Below, piece after piece: positions 23,046 through 35,400 of a stretch of 64,000 bases of DNA (position 1 is its first letter; the number at the start of each line of letters is the position of its first letter). The position numbers were made by a program, and so were the translations under genes. This stretch comes from Octopus sinensis (lineage: Eukaryota), in NCBI RefSeq assembly GCF_006345805.1, contig NC_042999.1, positions 15,066,001-15,130,000 of the forward strand, given 5' to 3'. The notes below the pieces were generated by a model that was not told the origin of the DNA, searched no databases, and worked only from the letters and a program-made list of their open reading frames with translations.

Positions 23046-24416
23046 TTTACAAATCACTTTCGTCAACAATTTGTAAATAATCCTTTCTACTCTAAGGATA
23101 ATGTCTGAAATTTGGTGGGAAGGGTCTAGTCAATTACATCGACCCCAGTGCTCAAGTGGTTCTTATTTTATCGACCCCAAAAGGATCAAAGACAAAGACG
23201 ACCTTGGCGGCATTTCAATGTCGTTCAGCTCGAAATGCCGCTAATCATTTGTCCAGTGTGTGAACGAGTCTATAAGCTCTCCGCCCTAGCAATTTTAAAT
23301 AACATCAACAGTTTCTTTCTTTAATGAAATATATTTTTCAAAGAAATAATTTATTGCTGTTTCACGGTTTAATTCTGTATTTTAATAAGAGAAAATTCTT
23401 TCGTTTGCTCCACTGACAACTTAAGAATCTCCGTTGGTATTTTAATTCGCTTTCTAAGCCTTACAATGAATGTTTTATTGCTTCAGTGTTTGGTGCCACA
23501 ATCAATTGCTCTCAATCGGTCGCTAATTTACTGTTTGTGGTAAATAAACATGAAAATATTGAACAAAATAGTCATTGTTTTCCCACTTGTTTTACATGTC
23601 GTCTGTCGTTCTTACCAATATGGTTACACTCGGTTTTAGGGCACTATTTTATTCAGCAAAACTTTAATGTCTAGATTTGATGGTTTTACAGTTGTTGATA
23701 ATCTACTTTTGTATTTACTTATTGTGAACACACTTTTAATTCACCATCGACAGCTACCTACCTTTATTGACATATTGTCATTTTATATCCCGCGTGCTTC
23801 TGTCGAAAGGTTGCCGGGTTCCAGCGACAGCTCAACCAAACACAACCCCAATTCTTCCTGTCTTGTTGGGACCCAAATACTTATCTCTTGGTTGACACAT
23901 TTATTATAGCTTTGGCGTAAAGATTATAATGATTTATTTCGTAACTCAACAAAGTTTGTGGCTTTTAAAAGACAGCTTAAAACCAATTATTCTAACGAAA
24001 TTCAGAATTTTTCCTTTGTTAATTCTTAAATTATTTACACTGATGTATTTCGTCTTAATATATTGATGTCAATGAACTAAATAGAACAGAATATATTCCC
24101 ATTTATATTTTCTTATCACAAGATATTAGGTCCAGTATACCCTTAGCACATCATGTATATGCATAAACACGTATTTTTCTTTTAATTAGAAAGAAGAAAT
24201 CTAATTATTATTAAAGAAATCACATAAAACCAGAGATACAAAATAAAGGGTCGATAGTATTCTGTTGTTTACTTTCACTTTATAATTATTATTGTAATGC
24301 GAAATAAACAGAATATAAGCTTTGTTCTTTTATATAGTTACCTGTAGCAAAAGAGGAATCAATGAAATAAATTTATGAACGTAAAATTTGCTATATAGTA
24401 TCACTTACCTGATTTG

Positions 24417-24727
24417 GGTATTACTTAAGAAGTGTGGTCCCGGTGCGCGCACTCATGTATTCGCACATCCGCGCTAGCTAGTCGTGACTAGTCAATCCTA
24501 CAACGACTCTCCTAGCAAAGTAAATAAAACACAAAATAAATAATTTTTTTTTACACAAAGTAAATAATTTTTTAAAAGTAAAGTAAATAAAACACAAAAA
24601 CACAAAGTAAATAATTTCTCAAACAAAGTAAATAAAATAAAAACACGAAGTAAGGATCGACTAGTCACGACTAGCTAGCACGGATGCGCGAGTGCGCGCA
24701 CCGGGACCACTCTTCTTAAGTAGTACC
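24417..24727. mobile_element. 311-bp MITE with ~75-85-bp TIRs and a perfect 9-bp TSD (Merlin- or MULE-like)
   Basis: GGTA(T/C)TACTTAAGAAG(T/A)GTGGTCCCGGTGCGCGCACTC... inverted at both ends; CCTGATTTG at 24408-24416 and 24728-24736. Confidence 0.88.
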
Positions 24728-24864
24728 CCTGATTTGATTAGTGCAGTTGTGATTATAGTAAGTTGGTAGCACTTTGGAAAAGAACATAGTGGAAGAAATT
24801 CATGGAGCTTCTGCTTATAACGGGCGGAGTGATTAAAGGCAGAAAGTATAAGCTATATGTAAAA

Positions 24865-25259
24865 CTAGCAGTATCGCCCGGCGTTGCTCGGGTTTGTTTC
24901 GACCCTTTAGAATTGGAATTTTTGAAAAGGAAAAATTTTGCATTATGTAGCTTGTTATTCTCTTTAAGTGAACATTTTTCTGGTTGAAATACACCGAAAA
25001 ATGGCGACACAGCAGTAAAAAAATCGTAAAAAAATAGGGATTTTCATAGAAAAAAATCACCTTTTTGATGTAAATAATTTTTGGTGTTAACATGGTCCGA
25101 TTTGAATTTTTTCTTCTACGGAAGGAAGAGCAACCCTTCTTCTATCATACACTCAATTTTGGTCAACTTGTGCCGCAGGGTCTCGGAGGAGATAGTGTTA
25201 GTTGAAGGCTACCAAACCCGCCACACACAGACAACTTCAACTTTATATATATAGAGAGA
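24865..25259 (-). mobile_element. Non-autonomous Helitron (same subfamily as 22661)
   Basis: TC...CCCGAGCAACGCCGGGCGATACTGCTAG|T on the minus strand. Confidence 0.82.
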
Positions 25260-26290
25260 TGTGCGAAGATGTTCGGTAGAGATTCGGATATTGAGTGTGG
25301 ACGGTCTTGCGAGACGTTTAATATGGACGTGTAGACAAGACATTAACTTTGATGAAAAGTGAAATAGCATTGGGTTGAGAGAGTGGCTAAACATTTAAAA
25401 CAACTGATGCTGTTGTTATTAACTCCAGCTCAGCCCTCATCGAACAAATTTATGATCAGAGGTATTCCAGCCATGACCAGCTAGTCTTCTAGAAATTTTT
25501 AAAACTATATTATTTAATATGTCTTTTCATTAATTATGGTGGTTAAAAGCGGCGAGCTGGCAGAAATGTTAGCAAGCCGGGCAAAATGCTTTGCGGTATT
25601 TCATCTGCCGCTACGTTCTGAGTTCAAATTCCGCCGAGGTCGACTTTGCCTTTCATCCTTTTGGGGTCGATTAAATAAGTACCAGTTACGCACTGGTACT
25701 TATTTAATCGACTTAATCCGTTTGTCTGTCCTTGTTCATCCCCTCTGTGTTTAGCCCCCTGTGGGTAGTAAAGAAATAGGTATTTCGTCTGCTGCGACGT
25801 TCTGAGTTCAAAATCCGTTGGGGTCGACTTTGCATTTCATCCTTTCGGGGTTGATTAAATAAGTACCAGTTACGCAGATTTCAGGCCTTGTGCCTATAGT
25901 AGAACGGATTAATAAAGGTGGATAAGATGGGGAGCTGGCAGAATCTAAGTTCAATTTTGCTTTTCATCAGTTCAGGGTCGATAAAATAAGTACCAGTTGA
26001 GCACTGGGGGACAATGTAATCAACTAGCTTCCTCCCACCACAGTGTAATTGTAGTGGAGGTGCATGATTTAGTATGGTTAGGGTGCTACATACATGACCA
26101 GAAGATTGTAGTTTCAATTCCAGGACCAGGTAGTGTATTGTGTTCTTGAGCAAAACACTTACTCCAGTCCACACAGCTGGCAAAAAAGAGTAATCCTGCA
26201 ATGGGCTAGCGTCCCATCCCGGGAGGAATATATATACACCAGACATTGTCAAGCGATGTTGGGGTGACAAACACAGACATACAAACATAT

Positions 26291-26342
<52 letters not shown>

Positions 26343-29300
26343 ATATTTCGGAATGGTCATTTTGCCAGTTTAGCCAATACAAAATGGCTGACGGTTAGTA
26401 AGGAGAGACACAAATAAGAAAGAAGAAAACAAAGGACCACTGATGCAGTCACAGGAGTGTGACGAAAGGACTCTGGCTGAAATAAGATTAAGATTAATGT
26501 TAAAAATAAATAACACTGAAGCAAAGTAACACCAAATATATAGTGCGTGTGTTTTTATTGGCTAAACTGGCAAAATGACCATTCCAAAATATAACAATAT
26601 CTGTTTCAACACACGACTTCACATGAAAAATCTTGCACAACAAATATTTAAACGTATATATATATACATATACATATATACGACAGGCTTCTTTCAGTTT
26701 CTGTCTACCAAATCCACTCACAAGGCATTGGTCGGCCAGAGGCTATAGTAGAAGACACTCGCCAAAAGTGCCATGCAGTGGGACTGAACCCGGAACCATG
26801 TGGTTGGTAAACAAGCAACTTACCACACAGCCACTCTTTTTCAGAAATTTCAGCTAGTTCTATGCTCTGAGTTCAAATATTGCCAAGGTCAACTGTGCTT
26901 TCATCCTTTTAAGGTGAATAAAAGTATTGGTGGCAATGGGATGGACTACTGCCCAGCCATCAAAATTGCTGGCCTTGTGCTTAAATCAGAAATTATTAGT
27001 GTTATTTTTGTTTTCTTCATTGCTTTCAAATTTTGGCTTGAGGCCAATAATTTTAAAGGAGAGGATAAGATAATTACATTAACCTCACTCTTTGGCTAAT
27101 ACTTATTTGACTGGCTTTTGCAGAATTTGAACTCAAAATGTAAAGAGCCAGAAGCATTTTGTCTGACAAGCTAATGATTCTGCCAGTGTACCACTTGTTG
27201 ATATCACCATGTTTTGGGTATTTAATCTCTGTAAATTACTGAAGGAAGTGGTGGTTCATGGCTTAGTGGTTAGGGCGTTGGACTCATGACTGTAAAATTG
27301 TGGTTTCGATTCCAGGAACAGGTGATAAGTTGTGCTTTTGAGCAAAACACTTAATTTCATGTTGCTCCAATCCACTCAGCCAGCAAAAGTGAGTCGTCCT
27401 GTAACAGATTGGTGTCCTGTCCAGTGGGGAAAGATATGTTTCACAGAATCTAGGAAAACTGACCCCTATGAGTCTATATGACTTGGGAAGGATCATCATC
27501 ATCATCATCATCGTTTAACGTCCACTTTCCATGCTAGCATGGGTTGGACGATTTGACTGAGGGCTGGCAAACCAGATGGCTGCACCAGGCTCCAAACTTG
27601 ATCTGGCAGAGTTTCTACAGCTGGATGCCCTTCCCAACGCCAACCATTCAATAAAGTGTTCCTCTGGTGACACATTTTGGTTCAACATCCACTTACGCTT
27701 GGAACATTAAATGCTGTGACTCTAAACAACCACAATGTTGAAAAATATGTAGTGAACAAATAATATAAACTTGAGTTTGCCATAATTTCTCCTGATGATT
27801 TGACTGAGGGCTGGTGAACCAGATGGCTACACCAGGCTCCAATCTTGATCTGGCAGAGTTTCTACAGCTGGATGCCCTTTCTAATGCCAACCATTCAATA
27901 AAGTGTTCCTCTGGTGACACATTTTGGTTCAATGTCCCACTTACTCTTGGAACACTCAATGCTGTAACTCTAAGCAACCACAATGTCGAAACATATGTAG
28001 TGAACAAATAATATAAACTTGAGTTTGCCATAATTTCTCCTATCATCGTGTTTTAAACAATTTCATGCAACTTTCTATTTTTGCATCGTCATGTACCCCT
28101 CTGTACTCCTAAAGCATGTTTACAATTGTCCTTCGTGGGTGTATTGTTGTGTTATTGTGTTATATTTACTCTTTTGAAAGTGTATGTTGAATAGAATTTC
28201 TGTGAACTTTTACTTGTGTGTAGGTTGCATTATAACATCAGGTGTTCATAATGTGACAACTATAGGTCATGATATTTTATTGGGTTGTGACTCTGTATAA
28301 CATGATCTTAATAATCATGTTAAATTATCAGGTGACATTTCTATGGAATATGACTCAGTCGTATGACTTGGTTGTGTATGGGATATTTTATTTATCATGA
28401 ATCAATTATATTTTGTAAGTATTGTATTGAGTTGTGATTGCCTAAGAGTATGACCTTCGGGTTTTGTGCTGTATTATCAGGTGATATTTGTGTAGAGCAG
28501 TAAAGGGCAAACTGTAGCTTGTGGGACATTCTTGAATGGCATGCCTAACAAAAAAAATTACTTTGTATTTTTTTAGCAGTGTGGCCCACCTAATGATGAA
28601 TCATATCTCCTGCAGCTTTCTTCTTGAAAAAGACTGCTCATGCTTGATGTAGAATTTGGCTCAGTTATATAAGTTGGTTGTCTGTGGGGTATTTTACAGT
28701 ACTGGTTGTTGATTATGTATTATATATGTTGTATTATTTTATTGTATGATGACTGTGTTAGACTCATCATCATCGCTTAACATCCGCTTTCCATGCTAGC
28801 ATGGGTTGGACGATTTGACTGAGGGCTGGTGAACCAGATGGCTGCACCAGGCTTCAATCTTGTTCTGGCAGAGTTTCTACAGCTGGATGCCCTTCCTAAT
28901 GCCAACCACTCCGAGAGTGTAGTGGGTGCTTTTATGTGCTACTGGCACGGGGCCAGTCAGGCGGTACTGGCAATGACCTCGCTCAAATCTTTTACACATG
29001 CCACCAGCACAGGTGCCAGTAAGGCAATGCTGGTAACAATTACGCTCGAATGGTGTCTTTTATGTGCCACCGGCACGGAGGCCAGGTAGCTGCTCCAGCA
29101 ACAATCATGCTTGGATGGTGCTCTTAATACCCTACTAGCACGGGGCTCGAGTGCCAGTAACGCGATGCTGGTAACAATCACACTCGACTGGTGCACACAG
29201 AATTTATGTTTGTTTTTACTAGTTGAATCTAGAAAAAGGAGCAGTGTCTATGGCCTTTGTAGGCCTTCTGAGACCAGTGTACGCAGTGATACTAATGTTC

Positions 29301-30309
29301 CTAAACAGTTGCAGGTCAACAACAGCAGGAAAGACACAAGTAAAAAGAAGGTTTCAGCAGGATGATATTTTCTGGAGGAAGAACTGAGCATAGTTGTTAG
29401 TGTGAGGCTGAAGGTGGGGTGGATACAATGTGGATGACAAAAGTTGGGGAGATGAATACAAGAAGGTTGAGGTTACTCAGGTGGTGGAGATATGAGACTA
29501 GCTAGCTTCAAGGAACAGAAATCATAATAGACAGAAACTGAAAGAAGCCTGTCATTTATGTATGTATATATATATATATGAATAAATGAAAGAATGGAGT
29601 CGAACGAAGATTTTGACAAAATTCCTTTACTCTCAATACTAGGATAATTACTATCCATACTAGGATAATTCATTCACCTACTTATATATATATATATATA
29701 TGAATGTGTGTGTATATGTTTGTGTGTCTGTGTTTGTCCCCCCAACATCGCTTGACAACTGATGCTGGTGTGTTTACATCCCCATAACTTAGAGGTTCGG
29801 CAAAAAATACCAATAGAATAAGTACTAAGCTTACAAAGAATAAGTCCTGGGGTCGATTTGCTTGATTAAAAGGCAGTGCTCCAGCATGGCCACAGTCAAA
29901 TGACTGAAACAAGTAAAAGAGTAAAGAGTATATCTTCTTAGTATATAATAGTGGCAAGTTTTACATCATCTGGGGGACATCGGAGTGTTTGAGTGACATT
30001 AGACCCCCAACAAATGCCCATAAATAAAATGCATCTATCTGGGCCACAATTGTGGCCTATCAACCTGTGCCTGACGGCCACAATCATGGCTTGTCATGCT
30101 TTATGTGTTAAATATCCATTTTATTGTAAAGATTGTTTGCCAACATAACATGGCAGTCCTGGTTTAGGACAAAAGTTGCTATAATTTAGCCCCAGGAGAC
30201 ATTGTCTCCGGCTGGCAAACAATCTTTACTACAAAGTACTGTTGCTGAATATCTCACGTTGTGAGATTTATAAAAAGTAATTTTCTAATCTATTTTATCA
30301 TACTGAAGT

Positions 30310-30650
30310 CTTGACCCGAACACATAAGCAATATGGAGCTATGGCAAAGAACAAATGAAGTTTCGATTAGGGAGCAATTATATAAGAAAAAGTGGAAGTG
30401 GATTGGTAGCACAATTAGAAAAGACACACCAAATGTAACAAAAAGTGATTTACAGTGGAAACCGGATGGATATAGAAGGAGAGGTAGGCCTAAGAACTCG
30501 TGGCAGAGATCAACACAAAAGGAACTAGAGAAAGGGGGACATTCATGGCAGAGTATAAGTACAGAAGCAAAAAATCATGCGACATGGAATTCAACTATAA
30601 GTGGCCTATACTCCGCATTGGAGGGTTAAAGGCATAAAGAAAGAAAGAAA
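30310..30650 (+). mobile_element. RTE-type LINE 3' end
   Basis: KWKWIGSTIRK, LQWKPDGYRRRGRPKNSW; ends in (AAAG)n. Confidence 0.8.
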
Positions 30651-31102
30651 CATTGAGTTCAGTGTCTCTACTGTTCTGAAGTCCTCTTTCCTAAATTATT
30701 CTGTCATTTCGGTGCATTTTTTCTCTTGAATTTTTAATCACTCACATGTATTTTGTATGGGTAGTTCAGGAGTTCTGTCCTAATTCCCTGATTTCAGTTT
30801 CTGGATCCTATTTAATATTCTCACATTTAATTAATTTGCTTCTTATCACAGTAGCTTTTAATACATTGTTATATCCTGGACTGAATTCCGGTAACATATT
30901 TAGTAATTTCACCAACCAAGTACTGTCTTTTGTCAACAGCTTTAATCAACCACATAGAGGAGGAGATGGTTTCTAATTAACCTGTAGCACATATGTTACT
31001 ACTGTTGGTTTCAATAATAAAACTGTTTTATGGGGCCAGAGTTAAGAAGAAATGAAAAAAGGAGTAAGGAAGTTGGAACGTAAAGGGAATACAGCATTGA
31101 GA

Positions 31103-31470
31103 GTGGAGGCGCAATGGCCCAGTGGTTAGGGCAGTGGACTCGCGGTCATAGGATCGCGGTTTCGATTCCCAGACCGGGCGTTGTGAGTGTTTATTGAGCG
31201 AAAACACCTAAAAGCTCCACGAGTCTCCGGCAGGGGATGGTGGTGATTCCTGCTGTACTCTTTCACCACAACTTTCTCTCACTCTTACTTCCTCTTTCTG
31301 CTGTACCTGTATTTCAAAGGGCCAGCCTTGTCACTCTCTGTGTCACGCTGAATATCCCCGAGTGGAGTGCTCAGCCACTTACACGCTAATTTCATGAGCA
31401 GGCTGTTCCGTTGATTCGGATCAACCGGAACCCTCGTCGTCGTAACCTACGGAGTGCTTCCACAGCATTG
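31103..31470 (+). mobile_element. tRNA-derived SINE family D (related heads at ~43671-43990, 27258-27490)
   Basis: A-box TGGCCCAGTGG and B-box GGTTTCGATTCCC followed by a non-tRNA body. Confidence 0.75.
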
Positions 31471-32164
31471 AGAAAACGCTTTGTGGTATTTCTGGCTCTT
31501 TGTTATTTTCTTAAGTCTTCTCTCATTTGATCTTCTGCTGCTACAATTAGGCTCCCTGTATCCTTTTTTTAATCGCCTCTTTTTTAACCAAGTCCAGGGT
31601 TTTGTTCCACATACGTCTTTAGTGGTTCTCCAAAATTGGCCATACAAGGGTTTCTCTCCAATCTGTCTGATGTGCCTTCTTTGTATTTCATTCTTGTCCT
31701 TTTCTCCTATTACATGCTTGATCAGCTGTTCTTTATTTACTGTCTTTAGTAGTTTATTATTATTATTATTATGTTTTTTCCTTCTTTCTTCAAATTTTCT
31801 TCCGTTTCTCGCCGAGTGTTTTCCATACACCTAGGGCAGAGAAGGGCATTGTATGCATTCCCAGATTACATGCGCAAATTCACAGATAAAATATGTATTT
31901 AAAAATTAATAAATAAATAAATTCATGGATGGATGTTATTTTCACAGCGATAGTGCTCTTCTCAGTACATGAGCTGTTCCAGTTAATATGATTTCTTGCA
32001 CTTCCTGTAGGGATGGTAAGCCTGGAATCATTTTCAAAAAGGTTTCAGTGCATTTTTTATCATTCCTAGAGATCCTACAATCACTGGTACTGTAGTCATC
32101 TTGAGATGCCACATTTTTTCATTTTCTATTAGCAGGTCTTTATATTTACTAATCTTGTCAAATC

Positions 32165-32165
<1 letters not shown>
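31450..32165 (-). mobile_element. R4/Dong-like LINE fragments
   Basis: KPLYGQFWR, and KYKDLLIENEKMWHLKMTTVPVIVGSLG..ILTGTAHVLRRALSL* (restriction-like endonuclease C-terminus); abuts (TAA)n. Confidence 0.75.
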
Positions 32166-32210
<45 letters not shown>

Positions 32211-32577
32211 GAGTGAGAGAGCAGTTCATGCCATCAAAGTGATACTGGGGTAAAATATAAGAAGCCCAATATACCCATCATGACTACCCGTCTGATAAGG
32301 GTACACCAGGCACATGCATCACAACCATATGTGCGCGTCATGGTAATCTCATATCAAGATAAACAGCACATGACCTTGCAGGTGGGGCCCAGTTAAAATT
32401 TTCTTCAGGTTGAGTAGCCCATCCCGCTCAAAAGGTCCCTGAATAAGGGTTGTTTAAGGATGTTGAAAGAACCACCTATGTTTCCAGAGGTGAACTATTC
32501 AAACCCCAAACAATCCCTCTCAACACATGGCTATGATGCTCCCCAACTACTTCTGCTCGTGATCAGAGATGCACATA

Positions 32578-32614
<37 letters not shown>

Positions 32615-32639
32615 AAATAAATAGAAGAGTGCTATAGTT

Positions 32640-32990
32640 ATCATGTGAAATTGGTTGAGCGATATTTCGGCATCTAGCGTGCCTTCCACAGGTTCAAAAT
32701 TACATGACAGTCCACTTCATTGTTTGTTTGGACTATATAGGCTACATGTAAACTTAGATGCCAAAAACCCCACTAAGTATCCTAGCTGTCCCTATTACTA
32801 CTATTTCCTGGAGTGGCACTAAAATAGGTTTTATACCTATTTTCTCTCTCCATCAGTTCAAATCTTTAGGGATAGTTCCCAAGGCACCTATAACTACAGG
32901 GATACATTTTACCTGCACTGTCCATAGCCTCTGTAACTTAATGGCTAGGTCCTGGTACTTTGGTATTTTCTCTCTGTACCGCTCATGTTG
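32640..32990 (-). mobile_element. R4/Dong-like LINE 3' end
   Basis: EKIPKYQDLAIKLQRLWTVQVKCIPVVIGALGTIPK..IGTARIL. Confidence 0.75.
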
Positions 32991-33387
32991 ACTTTCTCAT
33001 CATTATTATTAATACTCTTCTTCTTCTCCTCCGCCTCCTCCACCTCCTCCTCCTCCTTCTTCTTCTTTTCCTCCTCCTTCTTCTTCTCCTCCTTCTTCTT
33101 CTCCTCCTCCTCCTTCTTCTTCATCATCGTCTTCTTCTCCTCCTCCTCCTTCTTCTTCGTCTTCGTCATCTTCTTCTTCTTCTTTTCCTCCTCCTCCTCC
33201 TCCTCCTTCTTCTTCTCCTCCTCCTCCTCCTTCTTCACCGTCTTCTTCCCCCCCCTCCCCCTCCCCCTCCCCCTCCTTCTTCTTCGTCTTCGTCTTCGTC
33301 GTCTTCTTCTTCTTCTTTTCCTCCTCCTCCTCCTCCTCCTTCTTCTTCTTCTTATTATTATTATTCTTTTTCTTCTTCTTATTATTA

Positions 33388-33419
<32 letters not shown>

Positions 33420-33420
33420 G
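32990..33420. repeat. ~350-bp (CTT/CCT)n polypyrimidine tract followed by (ATT)n
   Basis: Directly visible low-complexity sequence. Confidence 0.95.
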
Positions 33421-33973
33421 AGTGAGAGAGCAGTTCATGCCATCAAAGTGACACTGGGGTAAAATATACGAAGCCCAATATACCCATCATGACTACCCGT
33501 CTGATAAGGGTACACCAGGCACATGCATCACAACCATATGTGCGCGACATGGTAATCTCATATAAAGATAAACAGCACATGACCTTGCAGGTGGGGCCCA
33601 GTTAGAATTTTCTTCAGGTTGAGTAGCCCATCCTGCTCAAACGGTCCCTGAATAAGGGTTGCTTTAGGATGTTGAACGAAACACCTATGTTTCCAGAGGT
33701 GAACAATTCAAACTCCAAAGAATCCCTCTCAACACATGGCCATGATGCTCCCCCACTACTTCTGCTCGTGATCAGAGATGCACATATCGTCAGCCACTAA
33801 GGGACATGCTCAACTGGTTAAGGTCAAACAACTGACAAGCAAATCTGTGGTATTGAGCAGAATATTTGCTGTAGCCCATCTTTTATACCAAGACAAAACA
33901 ATGTACATGATAACACTTCCAATCAGTTAAGATCAGAAGCCATGAGAGCCACTGCCTGGTACTGCATCAGGGC

Positions 33974-33977
<4 letters not shown>
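33420..33977 (-). mobile_element. Non-coding ~560-bp repeat bounded by (AAT)n (partial copies 32211-32578, 34026-34149, 38159-38393)
   Basis: Four similar copies, all starting GAGTGAGA(G/A)AGCAG directly after (TTA)n and in the same orientation. Confidence 0.8.
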
Positions 33978-34010
<33 letters not shown>

Positions 34011-34163
34011 ATTATTATTATTATTGAGTGAGAGAGCAGTGCATGCCATCAAAGTGACACTGGGGTAAAATATATGAATCCCAGTATATCTATCATGACT
34101 ACCTGGCTGATAAGGATACACCAGGTACATGCATCTTTTATACCAAGACATTATTATATCAAG

Positions 34164-34202
<39 letters not shown>

Positions 34203-34205
<3 letters not shown>

Positions 34206-34590
34206 TAGTTTTATTTTTATAGCGTGCTTTCACTTCACTACCGAGCGCAGCTGTGTGTGCCTTGGGTATGTGCTGTGATTTGTTGTGATGCTCTGATGGT
34301 TATTGTATGGAAAGTGTTCTGCGTAGGATGTGTGCAGTGCCTAGTAGTGCAATTTTCTGTATGTTATATGTGTTTGTAAGTCCTGGTGTTTTTGTTATGT
34401 ATTTGTCTGAATATTTTTTATCATGCCTAATGCACCTACTATGATAGGAATTGTTTCTGTTTTCAGATTCCACATTCTAGTTACCTCTATTTCCAGGTCT
34501 TTGTATTTTGAGAGTTTCTCCATTTCTTTTAGAGACACGTTGTCATCAGCCGGCATTGATACATCAATTAGAAAGCATTTAAAAAATTTT
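34203..34590 (-). mobile_element. R4/Dong-like LINE 3' end in (TAA)n; same family at ~58484-58690 (+), RT piece at ~37960-38120 (-)
   Basis: LSKYKDLEIEVTRMWNLKTETIPIIVGALG..IQKIALLGTAHILRRTLSIQ*; 3' UTR ends ACTACTG(AAT)n; QGDSLSPLLF at ~38030. Confidence 0.8.
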
Positions 34591-34658
34591 TTATTATTAT
34601 TATTATTATTATTATCATCATTATTATTATTTTTTTTTATCTCTTTTACAGCTCCACA

Positions 34659-35018
34659 ATGGGTATCAGCTTCTTAGATGAGGAAAGAAACACTTTCTCT
34701 CCTGCCGACTATGTGATGTTTGCTCTTTTGTTGGTGGTATCAGCATCCATTGGGATCTTCTATGCCATCAAAGACCGTAAGAAGACAAACACAAAAGACT
34801 TTCTCTTGGCAGGAGGCAACATGAACCCAATTCCTGTGGCCCTTTCACTCGTTGCGAGCTTCATGTCGGCCATCACTTTATTGGGGACTCCTTCCGAGAT
34901 GTACAGCTATACAACCATGTATTGGTACATTGCAATCAGCTATTTTTTCGTCTGTGGAGCCGCTGCACATTTGTTCACACCAGCTTTTTATCGGTTGCGT
35001 GTGACAAGTGTATATGAG
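34659..35018 (+). CDS. SLC5A8-like: SLC5 sodium:solute symporter (SMCT/NIS/SMVT clade), coding exon 1 (120 codons)
   Basis: Translates MGISFLDEERNTFSPADYVMFALLLVVSASIGIFYA...DFLLAGGNMNPIPVALSLVASFMSAITLLGTPSEMY...YRLRVTSVYE, the typical SSS-family N-terminus. Acceptor TTTTACAG ends at 34651, 7 nt before the ATG. Donor GAG|GTAAGA at 35018/35019. Paralog (SLC5A5/6/8/12) cannot be resolved from sequence alone. Confidence 0.95.
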
Positions 35019-35099
35019 GTAAGACTTATTGTTGCCTTTATTTTATTTTATTTTATTTTTTTTTGTTATTTTATCTAGTTTCAGCTCACGAGCTGTGGC

Positions 35100-35400
35100 C
35101 ATGCTGGGGCACCACCATTTGGTGTTGCTACATGATTTTACTTCACGAATGCTTTTTAGCAACTGCCATTTGGTGCATGAGAGAGTTCGATGCAGCTGCC
35201 CTCATCTGCACCTCCTGCCATGAAGTTGGTTCATCTGGGACACCTGACAGGAAGAGATCCAGTTTTATTTTAAAGACATCTGCATCCACCCCATGCAGGT
35301 CTCTCAGGTTCTTCGGGAGGATATTGAAGAGCTGTGGGCCTCTGAAGCCCAGGTTATCACAGTATCTTATCCTACATCTTGATGGCAAATTGTTGGTGCA
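35100..35400 (-). mobile_element. CR1-clade LINE 3' end (another CR1-clade piece at ~44000-44240, +)
   Basis: GFRGPQLFNILPKNLRDLHGVDADVFKIKLDLFLSGVPDEP..RAAASNSL. Confidence 0.8.

Noticed and set aside
31103-31180. tRNA-like sequence (also ~43671 and other SINE heads)
   Set aside because: A/B boxes are present but there is no complete cloverleaf, and each continues into a SINE body.
32945-33425. Long ORFs of 146-153 aa
   Set aside because: Translations of (CTT/CCT/ATT)n microsatellite.
33900-33977. Faint U2 snRNA/5S-like words in the 560-bp repeat
   Set aside because: Only short scattered matches, not colinear with either RNA.
35019-35078. C-terminal part of the 139-aa ORF 34659-35078
   Set aside because: Lies beyond the GTAAGA donor; intronic read-through.
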